A stretch of DNA of 64,000 nucleotides, taken from NCBI GenBank assembly GCA_036489495.1, contig DASXFR010000069.1, positions 45,232-109,231 of the forward strand, given 5' to 3'. Of the stretch, positions 63,182 through 64,000 are shown piece by piece (within the stretch, counting starts at the first letter, position 1; every line of letters begins with the position of its first letter). The notes under the pieces were generated by a model. The model saw nothing but the letters and a program-made list of their open reading frames with translations. It was not told the origin of the DNA and did no database searches. Position numbers and translations under genes: made by a program. The stretch is from Acidimicrobiales bacterium. GTDB lineage: Bacteria > Actinomycetota > Acidimicrobiia > Acidimicrobiales > RAAP-2.

Positions 63182-64000
63182 TCAGCGGGTCGGGCTGGCC
63201 GGCGCGATCGCGCTCATGTCCGGGTACCGGTCTCCGGACACCGCGCCGGTGGCGAACACCGCCTCGATGGCGGCGAGGTCGGACGCCGTCAGTTCGACCT
63301 CGACCGCCGCCACGTTCTCGGCCAGATAGGTGCGTCGCTTGGTCCCGGGGATCGGCACCACGTCGTCACCCCGGGAGAGGACCCAGGCCAGCGCCAGTTG
63401 TCCGGGGGTGCAGCCCTTGGCCTCGGCCAGGGAACGCACCCGGTCGACCAGCACGATATTCGCCTCGAAGCTGTCGCCGCGGAACCGGGGGAGGAATTTC
63501 CGGAAGTCGCCTTCGGGAAAGTCGTCCGGGGAGGTGATCTGTCCGGTGAGGAAGCCGCGGCCCAGCGGGCTGTAGGCCACGATGCCGACGCCGAGTGACC
63601 GGGCGGTGCCGATGACCGAGTCCTCGATGTCGCGGCTCCACAACGACCACTCGCTCTGGAGGGCGGCGATCGGGTGGACGGCGCTGGCCCGTCGCAGGGT
63701 GTCGGGGGAAGATTCCGACAACCCGAGGTAGCGCACCTTCCCGTCCGCCACCAGTTCGGCCATCGCCCCCACCGTCTCCTCGATCGGCACGCCGGTGTCG
63801 GTACGGTGCTGGTAGTAGAGATCGATGTGCTCCACCCCCAAGCGCGTCAGGGACGCATCACACGCCTGGTGCACGTAGGCGGCGTCCCCCCGCACCGACC
63901 GGACGGCGGGATCGTCGGTGCGCACGATCCCGAACTTGGTGGCCAGGACCACCTCGTCCCGCCGGGTGCCGATGGCCCGGCCCACCAACTCCTCGTTGGT
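63182..64000 (-). CDS. aldo/keto reductase, 3' part (5' end beyond the window end)
   Basis: [23 protein letters not shown] and IPGTKR are AKR motifs. The reading frame is still open at position 64000. Confidence 0.88.
   Translation of the reverse strand, partial: TNEELVGRAIGTRRDEVVLATKFGIVRTDDPAVRSVRGDAAYVHQACDASLTRLGVEHIDLYYQHRTDTGVPIEETVGAMAELVADGKVRYLGLSESSPDTLRRASAVHPIAALQSEWSLWSRDIEDSVIGTARSLGVGIVAYSPLGRGFLTGQITSPDDFPEGDFRKFLPRFRGDSFEANIVLVDRVRSLAEAKGCTPGQLALAWVLSRGDDVVPIPGTKRRTYLAENVAAVEVELTASDLAAIEAVFATGAVSGDRYPDMSAIAPASPTR

Noticed and set aside
1-64000. A search for a defence island, prophage, toxin-antitoxin pair, CRISPR-Cas, BGC core enzymes or a compositionally foreign segment.
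   Set aside because: None was found. Gene content and order are those of a conserved actinobacterial chromosomal core. The only AT-richer patches coincide with promoters or spacers (32580-32760, 43450-43600, 55850-55930, 59100-59250).

Overview
This is a very GC-rich, almost gap-free stretch of chromosomal core with clear Actinomycetota synteny: the gene order parallels Mycobacterium and Streptomyces, and the lineage looks Acidimicrobiia-like, which is my inference. I support 67 protein-coding genes and found no rRNA, tRNA, CRISPR array, transposase, integrase or prophage signal.

Gene content from left to right:
- Shikimate operon: aroC-aroK-aroB-aroQ, followed by a partial M24 peptidase.
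- tyrS, a carotenoid-cleavage oxygenase and an LCP wall-teichoic ligase.
- Menaquinone cluster: menD, menH, menA, menB, menE.
- A four-gene module of circularly permuted ATP-grasp, alpha-E, transglutaminase and ACT-domain genes.
- A co-directional string ending in the proteasome activator bpa.
- dnaE, an Rrf2 regulator with a pore-loop membrane protein, and a principal-like sigma factor.
- A complete division/cell-wall supercluster: mraZ-rsmH-ftsL-ftsI-murE-mraY-ftsW-murG-murC-murB-ftsQ-ftsZ-pgeF-ylmE-sepF-yggT-divIVA-ddbA-lspA-rluD.
- The lexA / chiZ-like / nrdR / PIG-L / dinB SOS corner.

I do not see a defence island or any obviously foreign DNA. The observations most worth follow-up are:
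- Two genes (lspA, pgeF) recover a normal N-terminus only if they start at a CTG inside a CTGA stop/start overlap.
- The otherwise seamless dcw cluster lacks murF and murD.
- The functionally uncharacterised ATP-grasp/alpha-E/transglutaminase module carries an ACT-domain fourth gene.
- The lexA-chiZ divergent region holds an array of four SOS boxes.
- mraZ has a promoter with overlapping 10-nt-phased AAAGTGG repeats, and a long structured-looking mraZ-rsmH spacer follows it.
- bpa is translationally coupled to an unusual upstream gene string.

Most long ORFs in the supplied track that lie antisense or out of frame to these genes are GC-driven artefacts.
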